DNA of 64,000 nt from an uncultured Thermoanaerobaculia bacterium (GCA_951812325.1 OX638294.1:1278859-1342858); one strand, 5' to 3'. Counted from the stretch's first letter, positions 28,601-37,397 are shown. Program-made: numbers and translations. The notes: generated from the letters alone by a model not told the origin.

Positions 28601-29977
28601 GAAGGCGGCGCCTTCGGCCTGATCGCCACGAACACGATCGCCCAGGGCGACACGCGCTCGACCGGATTGCGCTTCATCTGCAAGCACGGCGGGGAGATCT
28701 TCCGCGCCCGAAGACGGGTCAAGTGGCCCGGTCTGGCCGCCGTCGTCGTCAGCGTCGTGCATCTGCACCGCGGTCCCTGGCATGGTCCGCGGATGCTCGA
28801 CGGCGTGACGCAACCGAAGATCACGGCCTTCCTGTTTCACCGCGGCGGGCACGAGGATCCTGCGCGGCTCACCGAGAACGCCGGCAAGAGCTTCCAGGGC
28901 AGCATCGTCCTCGGCATGGGTTTCACCTTTGACGACACGGACACGAAGGGCGTGGCGACGCCGCTTGCCGAGATGAACCGCCTGATCGAACAGGACCCGA
29001 AGAACCGGGAGGCGATCTTCCCGTACATCGGCGGTAAAGAGGTCAACGCCAGTCCGATTCACGCTCACCATCGGTACGTCATCAACTTCCACGACTGGCC
29101 GCTGCGCCGCGAGGACCGCGGTGACCGAAGCCAGCGCTGGGCAACCGCTCCGAAGGAGCAACGCAAACAGTGGCTGCGCGAAGGAGGCGTGCCGGTCGAC
29201 TATCCGGATCCGGTTGCGGCGGACTGGCCGGAGCTGCTGGCGATCGTTGAGGAGCGGGTCAAGCCTGAGAGAGCCGAGAAGAACGACGCCGTGGCCAGGA
29301 GGCTATGGTGGCAGTTCCTTCGGCCCCGCCCGGAACTCCAGGGTGCCATCGCCGGCCTCGACCGCGTGTTGGCGATCTCGCGCGTCACCCAGCATGTGGG
29401 TTTCGCCTACCTACCAGCCGGCAAGGTCTATGCCGACCGTCTCATCATCTTCCCCTCCCCCACCCACGCCGCGTTCTGCGCCCTCCAGTCCCGCCCCCAC
29501 GAACTCTGGGCGCGCTTCTTCGGTTCCTCTCTGGAGGACCGACTCACGTACACGCCCTCCGACTGCTTCGAGACCTTCCCCTTCCCAGAGAACTGGGAGA
29601 CTCACTCCGACCTTGAAGTCGCCGGCGCCGCGTACCACGGTTTCCGAGCCGACCTGATGCTCCGGAGCGACGAGGGCCTGACGAAGACGTACTACCGCTT
29701 TCATGACCCCGAGGAGCAGAGTTCGGGCATCACCCGGCTCCGCGAGCTCCACTCGGCCATGGACCGTGCCGTCCTCGCCGCCTACGGCTGGACCGACATC
29801 GGCACGGCCTGCGAGTTCCTCCTCGACTACGAGATCGACGAAGAGACCTGGGGCAAAAGGAAGAAGCCCTACCGCTACCGCTGGCCCGACGAAGTCCGCG
29901 ACGAGGTGCTCGCCCGCCTCCTCGAACTCAACGCCCAACGCGCCGCCGAGGAGAAGCGCAGCGGTTCCCGCCGATGA
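25694..29977 (+). CDS. drmMI: Eco57I/PglX-type N6-adenine DNA methyltransferase, DISARM drmMI-like (1427 aa)
   Basis: HYTPRELTEPIV (motif X), ILGLKVCDPAMGSGAFLVE (motif I), NCLYGVDRNAVAVDLAKLSLWL, VVGNPPFAGK (motif IV NPPF), C-terminal KKPYRYRWPDEVRDEVLARLLELN typical of this family. Confidence 0.85.
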   Translation: MPKLDANTRAHLEWLGFVRPTGLVVSPPALNKAGAVLERADREGQRLLRDAVSEREFKPGEGRQPWLPAFEDFARSVLGWRFSPEGYAGGSAAPIPDELSLHLPDCGETLRPDFAVRERSPNEDGSRWQLLVQTVEPGLSFDRAVSGAGKLEASPHSRMERLLRAKAVPAGLLFNGRALRLVSAPRGETSGWTDFQLADMLLVAGRPICTALRLLLNEQRLLALPRRQRLAALLADSRKYQNEVSERLAEQVLHALYELLRGFQAAHDASRKELLGDQLREDPGGIYHGLLTVVLRLVFLLYAEERDLLSEEATFVRHYSLASLHDRLRADAALHPDTMDQRYGAWAQLLALFRMIHNGAAAADLRLPPRHGVLFDFDRFPFLEGRPPGSVAQNHERVAAPLVSDGTVHRALEKLLVLDGDRLSYRALDVEQIGSVYETMMGFRLERAEGPSCAIKPAKRHGAPATVNLAALLEKPVDRRVRWFRERTDRRLTDKAAKALRNARTIDELHAGLDRVIDRAATPDLAPKGHMILQPSDERRRSGSHYTPRELTEPIVRDTLEPILDRLREQAAGSAGQEPATPPDLSAPAEHGSRVRSPRHQGPATAPDLSARGPSGPHPAPTTKAPRPEQILGLKVCDPAMGSGAFLVESCRQLGDALVDSWHAHDAAPPIPPDEDEAVHARRLVARNCLYGVDRNAVAVDLAKLSLWLTTLARDHPLTFLDHALRHGDSLVGLAPEQIQAFHWKGKEKRFQAGIETTWIREQVEKALRLRRAIQEARDDTPDWVLRDRLDQAEDELARVKRNGDLVVAAFFERQKPGEREALRRSFAAELQFETASGSGGKPSSRPGEDEQASVPASVSGHSGSSGSIRASPSNAISTIGWLEEFRNGDPPLAPFHWAIEYPEVFLLEERENSGFDAVVGNPPFAGKNTIGNANVPGYKAWLKQLHEESHGNADLVAHFFRRAFTLVREGGAFGLIATNTIAQGDTRSTGLRFICKHGGEIFRARRRVKWPGLAAVVVSVVHLHRGPWHGPRMLDGVTQPKITAFLFHRGGHEDPARLTENAGKSFQGSIVLGMGFTFDDTDTKGVATPLAEMNRLIEQDPKNREAIFPYIGGKEVNASPIHAHHRYVINFHDWPLRREDRGDRSQRWATAPKEQRKQWLREGGVPVDYPDPVAADWPELLAIVEERVKPERAEKNDAVARRLWWQFLRPRPELQGAIAGLDRVLAISRVTQHVGFAYLPAGKVYADRLIIFPSPTHAAFCALQSRPHELWARFFGSSLEDRLTYTPSDCFETFPFPENWETHSDLEVAGAAYHGFRADLMLRSDEGLTKTYYRFHDPEEQSSGITRLRELHSAMDRAVLAAYGWTDIGTACEFLLDYEIDEETWGKRKKPYRYRWPDEVRDEVLARLLELNAQRAAEEKRSGSRR

Positions 29978-30121
29978 GAAGCCGGGACCGCCCCAGGTCC
30001 AGGGCCGATCACGTCGCGGGCCCGCTTTGCAGTCACCGCTGCCCGTGTGAGAGAGTTGTCCGCAGCAAGCCGACCGGCCCACCAGCGCCGACTCCTCCCC
30101 CACCTTCCCGCGCACCCCGCC

Positions 30122-31117
30122 ATGACTAGCGGCAAGCTCTTGCGCCAACTCATCGTCTCGGGCGCCGATGGCGACCTCGCTGCATTCCGTGCCGCCGCGG
30201 ACGACGTGATCGCCGACGAGCGGCAGAAGCAACACCACCTCCTGGCGAACGACCTCGAGTCCATTCTCTATGGCCGCACTCTCGCTCCCACGTCGCCTGG
30301 CCTGCGGAGGCTCGCCCAGGCGGTGCCCGAAGATCGAGAGCGTGGTTTGGCCTTGCTGTCACTGCGCGAGCCCGTCCGTGGAATGGAGGACGTTGTTCTC
30401 TCAAGCTCAAACCGCACCATCGTCCGGGCCGTCCTTCACGAGCAGAACCGCGAGGAACTGCTTCAAGCGCACGGGCTCCGGCCCGTCGATCGTCTCCTGT
30501 TGTGCGGACCGCCCGGCTGCGGCAAGACGCTGACCGCAGAGGTCATCGCAAATGAGCTCGGCAGACCTCTCGCCATCGTCCGGGTCGACAGCGTCGTGTC
30601 TTCTTTCCTCGGTGAAACCGCAGCCAATCTACGTCGCGTCTTTGACTTCATCGAAACGACGCCGACAGTAGCAGTCTTCGACGAGTTCGACGCCTTGGGC
30701 AAGGAGCGGGACGACTCCTCGGAACACGGCGAGCTGCGCCGGGTTGTCAACGCGGTGCTGCAGATGCTTGACGCATACGACGGCCGCAGCCTCATCGTCG
30801 CCGCCACCAATCACCAATCCATGCTCGACTCGGCCGTCTGGCGCCGTTTTGAGGAGATCCTCTATCTGAGGCTGCCGACCGCAACGCAGATTCGGGAGCT
30901 CCTCCGCGTCAAGCTGCGCGGCGTACGCCGAGCCTTCGACATCGACACGGTCGCCGTTGAGTCGCTCTTCCCTAATAGTACGCACGCCGACGTCGAGCGC
31001 GTGCTTCGCCGAGCCGTCAAGGAAATGGTCCTGAGCGGTGAAGGTCGCCTTGGCCTGAACCACATCCGCGGGGCCGTGCGCCGAGAGAAGGCGCGGCGTC
31101 AACCTGGGCGCATTTGA
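30122..31117 (+). CDS. ietA: AAA+ ATPase, IetA-like (332 aa from ATG 30122)
   Basis: LLCGPPGCGKT Walker A, VAVFDEFDAL Walker B, AATN sensor 1. Immediately followed by an S8 peptidase gene (IetAS architecture). Confidence 0.75.
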   Translation: MTSGKLLRQLIVSGADGDLAAFRAAADDVIADERQKQHHLLANDLESILYGRTLAPTSPGLRRLAQAVPEDRERGLALLSLREPVRGMEDVVLSSSNRTIVRAVLHEQNREELLQAHGLRPVDRLLLCGPPGCGKTLTAEVIANELGRPLAIVRVDSVVSSFLGETAANLRRVFDFIETTPTVAVFDEFDALGKERDDSSEHGELRRVVNAVLQMLDAYDGRSLIVAATNHQSMLDSAVWRRFEEILYLRLPTATQIRELLRVKLRGVRRAFDIDTVAVESLFPNSTHADVERVLRRAVKEMVLSGEGRLGLNHIRGAVRREKARRQPGRI

Positions 31118-31126
31118 GTCAGGCCA

Positions 31127-33490
31127 TTGCAGCAGCGCCTCTTCGACCACACACAAATGCGCCCGCACCTGCGCCTCAACCGAGAGCGACCAACCACGGA
31201 GCGCCGCCGGCCTGGCGGATTCCCTCCTTCCCCGCCTCCGCCACAGGATCCGCAGGTCCACGGAGCCTCGCTGCACCAGAAACTGCGTTCCGCACGCGAA
31301 AAGGCCGCCGCGGCTCTCGGCGGCTACGACCAGCGACGATTGATCAAGCTCAAGCTGGCAACGCAAGTATCGCCGGAGGCTCTCGCCCGGATTTCGCCCG
31401 GGATGGAGGCAGTAAGCCAGGAGGGCGAGAAGCTGATTCTCTACTTTGCGACCGACGATGCGCTGGAGACGTTTGAGGCGAAACTCTCAAGTCTCAGCCA
31501 GGGCGAGGCGGTAACGCGCAAGGACCTGCTCTACGCTCTCAGCGACATCGATCATTGGAGCGAGGACGACCGCACTGGCCGGAGCCTCAAGCAGCACGGT
31601 CTGCCACCGGGCAAATCGGTAACGCTCGATGTGGAGCTATGGCCGTTGGACAGCCCGCAGGCCCCAACGCTTGCCACTTTCTCCGAGTGGTTGAAGGAAC
31701 GTGGCGGCAAGGTCCTGGACAAGGTGAAGAAGGCCTACCTTGTGCTGTGCCGTGTCCGTTGCGACCGCGCTGTTGCCAGCGACCTGCTTCGACACCGGGA
31801 CGTTCGCACAATCGAACTTCCTCCGCGTCTGGCCCTGCCCCGGGAGATTCTCAGCGCCGATGTCCAGAACATTCCCGAGGTTGAAGCGCCACTGACCGAT
31901 GCACCCGCTATCGTGGTTCTCGACTCCGGCCTCGCTTCCGGACACCCTCTGCTCGCACCCGCCGTGGGAGATTCCCAGAGCTTCCTGCCGGGCAGGTCGG
32001 CAGCCGACGAACACGGCCACGGTACGCTGGTCTCGGGCATCGCCCTGTACGGCGACGTAGCGAAAGGACTGCGCGCCCAGAACCTTGTCCCGGAACTGCG
32101 TCTCTTCAGCGGACGGATACTGGACGAAAAGAACCAGAGCAACGAGCCCCTCGTCGAGAACCAGATCGAAGACGCGGTCCGCTACTTCGCGGATCACTAC
32201 GGCTGCCGCGTGTTCAACCTCTCCTACGGCGATCCCAACAGGTCCTACGAAGGCGGCAGGATCACGGGCCTTGCTGTGACGCTGGATGCGCTGAGTCGAG
32301 AACTCGGTGTGCTGTTCGTTGTACCCACCGGCAACTACGAAGGCGGCCCTGCGGGGCCGGGAGACTGGCGAGAAGACTACCCTGACTATTTGTCTGAGTC
32401 GAGTGCCCGCCTTCTCGACCCGGCCCCCGCCTTGAATGCCCTCACCGTCGGAAGTCTGGCACGTTGGGAGAAAACGATTCAGGCCGAAAGCTATTCAGAC
32501 GATCCCGCCTACCAGCCCATAGCGCGAACCGACGAACCGTCCCCGTTTACCAGAAGCGGCCCTTCGGTGAGAGGCGCGATCAAACCGGATCTCGTCGACT
32601 ACGGTGGCAATCGAGCCGTTGATCTGCGGACGGGAAGCGAACTCACCGTCGGCAGGGCCGGCATCGGCGAACGCTCGACATCTCGCGACTTCGCGGCCGG
32701 CTCGCCATTCGCCGAGGGCTGCGGAACAAGCTTCGCCGCTCCGCGAGTCGCGCATGTTGCCGCGCGCCTGCTGAGGGAGCTTCCAGGCGCAAGCGCCAAT
32801 CTCTGCCGCGCTCTCCTCGTCGCGCACGCGCGGACTCCGCTCGCCTGCGCTGAGCTCTTCTCAGATGACCGCGCCGCCCTCCGCCGAATCACCGGCTACG
32901 GTCTGATCGACCGCTCCGCTCTCTACCGTTCGCCCGACGATTGCGTCTCGCTCTGGGCGACGGAGTCGATGACCAACAATCGGCACCACTTCTACGAGCT
33001 GCCGGTCCCGGATGAGTTCTGGTCTTCAGGTCGCCGCGAGCGGAGGATCACCGTTGCTCTTGCCTACTTTCCCGCTGTGAGGACGACGCGCATCGACTAC
33101 CGCGCGGCGAAAATCAGCTTCAAGTTGGTACAGGCTCAGTCGCTCGACGAAGTCGCCAGCTGGTTCAGCGCGGTGGAAGACAATCCGGGAGCAGCACCGG
33201 TTGCCGAGCTGCCCACGGGAAGGAACATCACGGAGCAAAACCGCTCAAAGGGAACAGTGCAGGCTTCGAGTTGGACCTTTACTGTAGCGAACCGATCCAG
33301 AAAGGAAGGAGCCTGGTTCGTGGTCGTCACGCGCAACGATCCCGCGTGGGGGCAGAACATCTCCAACGAACATGAAGAATACGCTCTCGTAGCCACGATC
33401 GCGGATCGGCAATTTGCCGAGGCGCGACTCTATTCGCAGATCCAGGTCAGACTCCGACAACGCGCTCGAGCTCGAGCGAGCGACCGTTGA
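31127..33490 (+). CDS. ietS: Subtilisin-like S8 serine peptidase, IetS-like (787 aa)
   Basis: Catalytic triad motifs VVLDSG (Asp), HGHGTLVSG (His), GTSFAAPRVAH (Ser). Large N- and C-terminal non-catalytic domains. Confidence 0.8.
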   Translation: MQQRLFDHTQMRPHLRLNRERPTTERRRPGGFPPSPPPPQDPQVHGASLHQKLRSAREKAAAALGGYDQRRLIKLKLATQVSPEALARISPGMEAVSQEGEKLILYFATDDALETFEAKLSSLSQGEAVTRKDLLYALSDIDHWSEDDRTGRSLKQHGLPPGKSVTLDVELWPLDSPQAPTLATFSEWLKERGGKVLDKVKKAYLVLCRVRCDRAVASDLLRHRDVRTIELPPRLALPREILSADVQNIPEVEAPLTDAPAIVVLDSGLASGHPLLAPAVGDSQSFLPGRSAADEHGHGTLVSGIALYGDVAKGLRAQNLVPELRLFSGRILDEKNQSNEPLVENQIEDAVRYFADHYGCRVFNLSYGDPNRSYEGGRITGLAVTLDALSRELGVLFVVPTGNYEGGPAGPGDWREDYPDYLSESSARLLDPAPALNALTVGSLARWEKTIQAESYSDDPAYQPIARTDEPSPFTRSGPSVRGAIKPDLVDYGGNRAVDLRTGSELTVGRAGIGERSTSRDFAAGSPFAEGCGTSFAAPRVAHVAARLLRELPGASANLCRALLVAHARTPLACAELFSDDRAALRRITGYGLIDRSALYRSPDDCVSLWATESMTNNRHHFYELPVPDEFWSSGRRERRITVALAYFPAVRTTRIDYRAAKISFKLVQAQSLDEVASWFSAVEDNPGAAPVAELPTGRNITEQNRSKGTVQASSWTFTVANRSRKEGAWFVVVTRNDPAWGQNISNEHEEYALVATIADRQFAEARLYSQIQVRLRQRARARASDR

Positions 33491-33775
33491 CCAATATGCC
33501 GCCCTCAACCTCGCCCTTCCCGTTCAACCGCCACCGTCTCGCCGCCTCTGATCTTCTCGGAGTCCGTTCCGGCACAACATCGAGGCCCGGGCCGACAAGC
33601 GCGGGCAAGTGACGGCGTTCATTTTCGACAGCCTGACCGTCATGCCGCGCCCCGTCCCCCACAGCGAACTCAAGAGGCTGGATTGCGTCGGTCCCGCGAA
33701 CTACGTTGCGGCAGAACCGATTTCACACGATCAACTCCTGAGGATCGTTCAGGCGGGCTTCGGAGAATCGGGCTC

Positions 33776-34264
33776 ATGATCGACATCCTCATGTCGATCA
33801 AGCCGCCGTACGTCGACATGATCGTCTCCGGCTCCAAGACGGTCGAGATCCGGAAGCGAGCTGTCCGGGTACCAGCCGGAGCAAGAATCTGGATCTACGC
33901 AACCAGTCCACGGCGGCAGGTAGTCGCATCCGCCCGGCTCGAAGAAGTCGCCCTCGACACGGGGGGCGAGATCTGGCGCACCTTCGGCGACCGGGCCGGC
34001 ATCGACCGCCTCGACTTCAACGCCTACGTTGGAGACAGCAGACTCGTCGCCGCACTATCCCTGACCGACGTCACCGCACTCGCCGCGCCACTATGCCCTC
34101 GCAGCGAGACGCCGGCATTCCGCCCGCCGCAGTCCTACTCGTTCCTTCGTGATGCCGAACTTCTGGCAGCCTTGGAGGCAAGGCATAGCACAGAGCGTTC
34201 AGCAGACGAGAACCAGATCAGTCCTCCGGCGCAACCAACCGAAACGGCCTTCGCAACCCCGTAG
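33776..34264 (+). CDS. ASCH (PUA-like) domain protein, ~162 aa from ATG 33776
   Basis: MIDILMSIKPPYVDMIVSGSKTVEIRKRAV...IWIYAT matches the ASCH beta-barrel N-terminus. Confidence 0.6.
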   Translation: MIDILMSIKPPYVDMIVSGSKTVEIRKRAVRVPAGARIWIYATSPRRQVVASARLEEVALDTGGEIWRTFGDRAGIDRLDFNAYVGDSRLVAALSLTDVTALAAPLCPRSETPAFRPPQSYSFLRDAELLAALEARHSTERSADENQISPPAQPTETAFATP

Positions 34265-34482
34265 ATCGGGCCGTGGACTCCCGGTCCACGAGGTCCGGCG
34301 CAACTCCTCACGCTCCGCCGTCGTGCTACCGTCGCTCCGACAGCCATCGTCCCCCGGTCCGCCTGGGCCACACAGTTGCGGATCGACTGCGCTGCCGGCT
34401 CGAACTCGCGAGCCAGTTGGTCCGGGGTTGACTGCCGAGATCTTTTCGAACAATGAAGCCGCTGGAAATTCCAAGAAACTCC

Positions 34483-35577
34483 CTAATGAAACAAGGCCTC
34501 CTGCTTCGGGAGAAGCGACAGTGAGCCTCCGCGCCGCCTGAGCCGCTTTTGCTGCTTTAGTTCCGCCTCTACATCTCCAAGGTGCTTCCACCTCCAGATC
34601 TTCGAGCGCAGCTCCTCCTTCAGGACGTCCCTCAAGACCGGCCCCGCCTGGAGCCTGGCCACCAACCACTGACGCAGCGGCGCCAGATCGGGCTTCTCTT
34701 CGATCAAAAGGAACTGGTTCGGGTTCTCGGATCGCCGCACGCTCATGCTGCCGCCGGGGCAAACCGTCCAGACACACTCCTTCATCAGGTCCCGTCCGTC
34801 ATCGTGATTCGTCAGATGGAGCAGAAAGAAGCGCACCGCATCGCCACCCGAGACCATCCGCACATGGGTCCACCACTTCGCGCCTACTCGATCAGCCAGC
34901 AGCTTCGCGCCCTGGTCGGCCCTCTCAACCATCGTTTCGCCCCGGATGTTCCGCCACGCATCGCCTCCGAAGAGCCGGTCGAGATTCTCGGCCTGACCGT
35001 GTCCAGCTTTGAGCTCCTGGTGCATCGCCATGTCGAGTTCGCGCCACATCACGTTGACGAAGAGCTCGACGCGCTCAAACTCCATGATCTCCGCGAGCAG
35101 GTCGCCCGGCAAACTGAAGCCATACGGATCCACGAAGAAAAAGGCAGGCGCCATTTGTTGACCCGCTGACTTCAGGGCATCGACCCCCCGGCGCAACACC
35201 TCGAACGCGTCGCCCGGCTCGACATCGACGACGATCCGGCGGGGCAGATCTTCAATCCGCTCAACCTCTCCCCTCAGCTCGGACGCATTCTGTTCATCCA
35301 GCTCCAGAAACACGAACCGGAACTCGGAGTTCTCCAAGAGCTGGTCTCTCGCCGTGTGGTCAAGCAGCGTCCTCAGCGCCACGAGTGGCGAACCGGGATT
35401 GTCGCCTGCATAGCTACCACGCCCGGCGTGAGTGTCGAAGTACACGACTTTGCCGGACCACAAGCCGAGTTTGGGAAACCAGGCTTTCAGGTAGGCGTCA
35501 ATCAGCTCGTGCTTGACCTGCTGGAAAGGACCGTAGCCTTTCCAATGATCCGGCCGTGGATCGCCGACTCCGTTCAC
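34483..35577 (-). CDS. Three-Cys-motif partner protein TcmP (full length, ~364 aa), probable GTG start at 35575-35577, 12 nt after the upstream gene's stop
   Basis: N-terminus HWKGYGPFQQVKHELIDAYLKAW...VVYFDTHAGRGSYAG and FFFVDPYGF motif. Located directly downstream of the Gp37/Gp68 gene (the pairing that defines this family). Confidence 0.7.
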   Translation of the reverse strand: MNGVGDPRPDHWKGYGPFQQVKHELIDAYLKAWFPKLGLWSGKVVYFDTHAGRGSYAGDNPGSPLVALRTLLDHTARDQLLENSEFRFVFLELDEQNASELRGEVERIEDLPRRIVVDVEPGDAFEVLRRGVDALKSAGQQMAPAFFFVDPYGFSLPGDLLAEIMEFERVELFVNVMWRELDMAMHQELKAGHGQAENLDRLFGGDAWRNIRGETMVERADQGAKLLADRVGAKWWTHVRMVSGGDAVRFFLLHLTNHDDGRDLMKECVWTVCPGGSMSVRRSENPNQFLLIEEKPDLAPLRQWLVARLQAGPVLRDVLKEELRSKIWRWKHLGDVEAELKQQKRLRRRGGSLSLLPKQEALFH

Positions 35578-35590
35578 AGCCCTCGGGTCC

Positions 35591-36316
35591 TCAGTTCGCC
35601 GGGAACTCGTCGTAAGTCCTACCCTTGAGCAGGCGCCCATTCAGATGCTTCCGCGGCCCTCCCCACTGCTTGAAGAAGAAGGGGACGTCATCTCGCCGGC
35701 ACTGAAGCAGGACATTGATCACCCACGCTTCCAGCATGGGCCGCGCTCCGGGACCGCTCTCGCCGCCGACGATGACCCAGTCGATGCCCGTCAGGTCGAA
35801 CTTCTCCAGATCCTCAAGGAGCGGTTCGATTGAGGCAAAGCGAACCGCTGCCGGCGTCTGCCGTAACGCCTGCAGCCGCGGCAAGCCCTGCCGTCGGTTC
35901 TCGACGCTCACTCCAAACCAGACGTTCGGCAACTCACCCATCCAGGAAAGAGGCCCCACAAGAAGCTCGTGCATTCGCTCGTGTCTCTTCGTGAGCACCT
36001 GGTAGGTGTGCCGCTGGACTTCGCTCATCACCCGGCCCACCTCGGCGATGTAGCTCACGGGAACCTGCGGATGGAAGAGGTCGCTCATCGAGTTCACGAA
36101 CACGCGGCGAGGCAGACGCCAGCGACGCGGCTGATCGAGCTTGGCCGGTACCAGGCGAAGGTCGAAACCCTGCTCGAAGGGGTGCCTCGGGACGCCACGG
36201 AAGCGCTCCGAGAAGCGCTCTGCGTAGCAATGTGCGCAGCCTGCACTGACCTTCGTGCAGCCGAGCACCGGGTTCCAGGTCGCGTCGGTCCATTCGATCG
36301 GACTCTTCTCTGACAT
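35591..36316 (-). CDS. Three-Cys-motif protein of the phage Gp37/Gp68 family (PF07505/DUF5131), copy B, 241 aa
   Basis: MSEKSPIEWTDATWNPVLGCTKVSAGCAHCYAERF...FFFKQWGG. Full-length paralog of copy A. Confidence 0.85.
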   Translation of the reverse strand: MSEKSPIEWTDATWNPVLGCTKVSAGCAHCYAERFSERFRGVPRHPFEQGFDLRLVPAKLDQPRRWRLPRRVFVNSMSDLFHPQVPVSYIAEVGRVMSEVQRHTYQVLTKRHERMHELLVGPLSWMGELPNVWFGVSVENRRQGLPRLQALRQTPAAVRFASIEPLLEDLEKFDLTGIDWVIVGGESGPGARPMLEAWVINVLLQCRRDDVPFFFKQWGGPRKHLNGRLLKGRTYDEFPAN

Positions 36317-36483
36317 GCAGGCTCTCCAGGTGCCGGGCCTAACGCATCGCCAAGCCCAGCCCGTTATACAGGATCATGCATGAAAGCGCAAATCGGGCGT
36401 AAACGGAGCCGCACCATCTTCACCCGTCAACCTCGACCAACTCTGGCCTTTTCGCTTCACTATCCGCCTGCGCTCGGGCCGAA

Positions 36484-36790
36484 TCAGTGCCCGAGCCTTC
36501 TCGACAGGGAGTCCCGCTCGACCGTCAACTCCCCGATCCTCGCGTGCGAGTCCCTGATCCTTTCCTCGTGGTCACGGCGACGCTCCGGCCCCGGCCGAGA
36601 AGGTCTCCTGCATCCCCTCGACCGCCGTCCCCTTCCAACTGCCGACCTGGTCCGGGTGAACGCCGTGCCGCGACGCAATCGCCGAAATCGGCTTCCCCTC
36701 GCGCAGCGCCTCAAGCGCCACCTTCGACTTGAAAGCCGCCGTGAACTTCGGACGCTTCCTCTTCCTCCTGGCTACTCCTCTCGGTTGAGG
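36484..36790 (-). mobile_element. Remnant of an IS3-family transposase orfA (HTH part), frameshifted, no start codon and no orfB
   Basis: Minus-strand translation RPKFTAAFKSKVALEALREGKPISAIASRHGVHPDQVGSWK... then frameshift, then ...ERIRDSHARIGELTVERDSLSRRLGH (IS3 OrfA C-terminal leucine-zipper motif LHAKIGQLTVENDFL). Confidence 0.6.
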
Positions 36791-36910
36791 AGTACACCTT
36801 AGCCACCTGTCCAGTTCTTCGGGACCACCTCATCGTTCAGGTTCGGACGCGAAGAGTGAGGTGGTGAGCGCGGTTGACGCCCGCCGCACCAATGTGTGAC
36901 ATTCGTGCAC

Positions 36911-37150
36911 ATGGAACAGATCGGCATTCGCGAACTCCATCTGAAGACCGGCGAGTGGGTGCGGCGAGCCGCCAGAGGACGGGGCGTCGTCGTCACGGAG
37001 CGTGGCCGCCCGGTGGCTTCGCTTGTACCGTTCCGCGACGACGCACTGGGGGTTTCCTTCGCCGACCGTCAACTGCTGCCCGAGTTCGAGGCCCTGCCGG
37101 AGATCCGCGGCGACTCGGCCGCCGGTATCTCGGAGGACCGGGACCGCTAG
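36911..37150 (+). CDS. Phd/YefM-family type II antitoxin (79 aa)
   Basis: MEQIGIRELHLKTGEWVRRAARGRGVVVTERGRPVASLVPF classic Phd/YefM N-terminus. Stop TAG overlaps the GTG of the downstream PIN fragment (taGTG). Confidence 0.8.
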   Translation: MEQIGIRELHLKTGEWVRRAARGRGVVVTERGRPVASLVPFRDDALGVSFADRQLLPEFEALPEIRGDSAAGISEDRDR

Positions 37151-37268
37151 TGGCGTACTTCGACACCGCCTATCTGGTCAAGTGCTACGTGAAGGAGGAA
37201 GGGTGGGACAGCGTCCGAGCGTTGGCTGCCGAGCGCGGATGGGTTGCCTGCTCGGTGTTTGGGCGCCC
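37150..37268 (+). pseudogene. Truncated VapC (PIN-domain) toxin, N-terminal ~35 aa only
   Basis: VAYFDTAYLVKCYVKEEGWDSVRALAAERG matches the VapC N-terminus including the first catalytic Asp (FDT). Downstream sequence in this frame is low-complexity and ends at 37374 (75 codons, versus ~130 for an intact PIN toxin). Confidence 0.5.
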
Positions 37269-37397
37269 GACGCTCTCAAGGTCGACCTCGTCGGCCCCGG
37301 CGCCGGCCACGAACTCGCTCGCGAGCGGCTGCCCGCAAGCGAAGCGCCCTCGAAGTGGTCTCGCCGCTTCCTGATTCCATCCCGCACGCCGCCGGTT
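37269..37397 (+). pseudogene. Decayed 5' fragment of a second drmA allele (43 codons)
   Basis: Frame +1 of 37002 reads DALKVDLVGPGAGHELARERLPASEAPSKWSRRFLIPSRTPPV, compared with DrmA residues 20-63 EAIELDLIGPWRGHELARERLPIFEAPSNWYLTGFLIPTGTPPE (about 24/43 identical; nucleotide identity ~70%). Confidence 0.55.
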
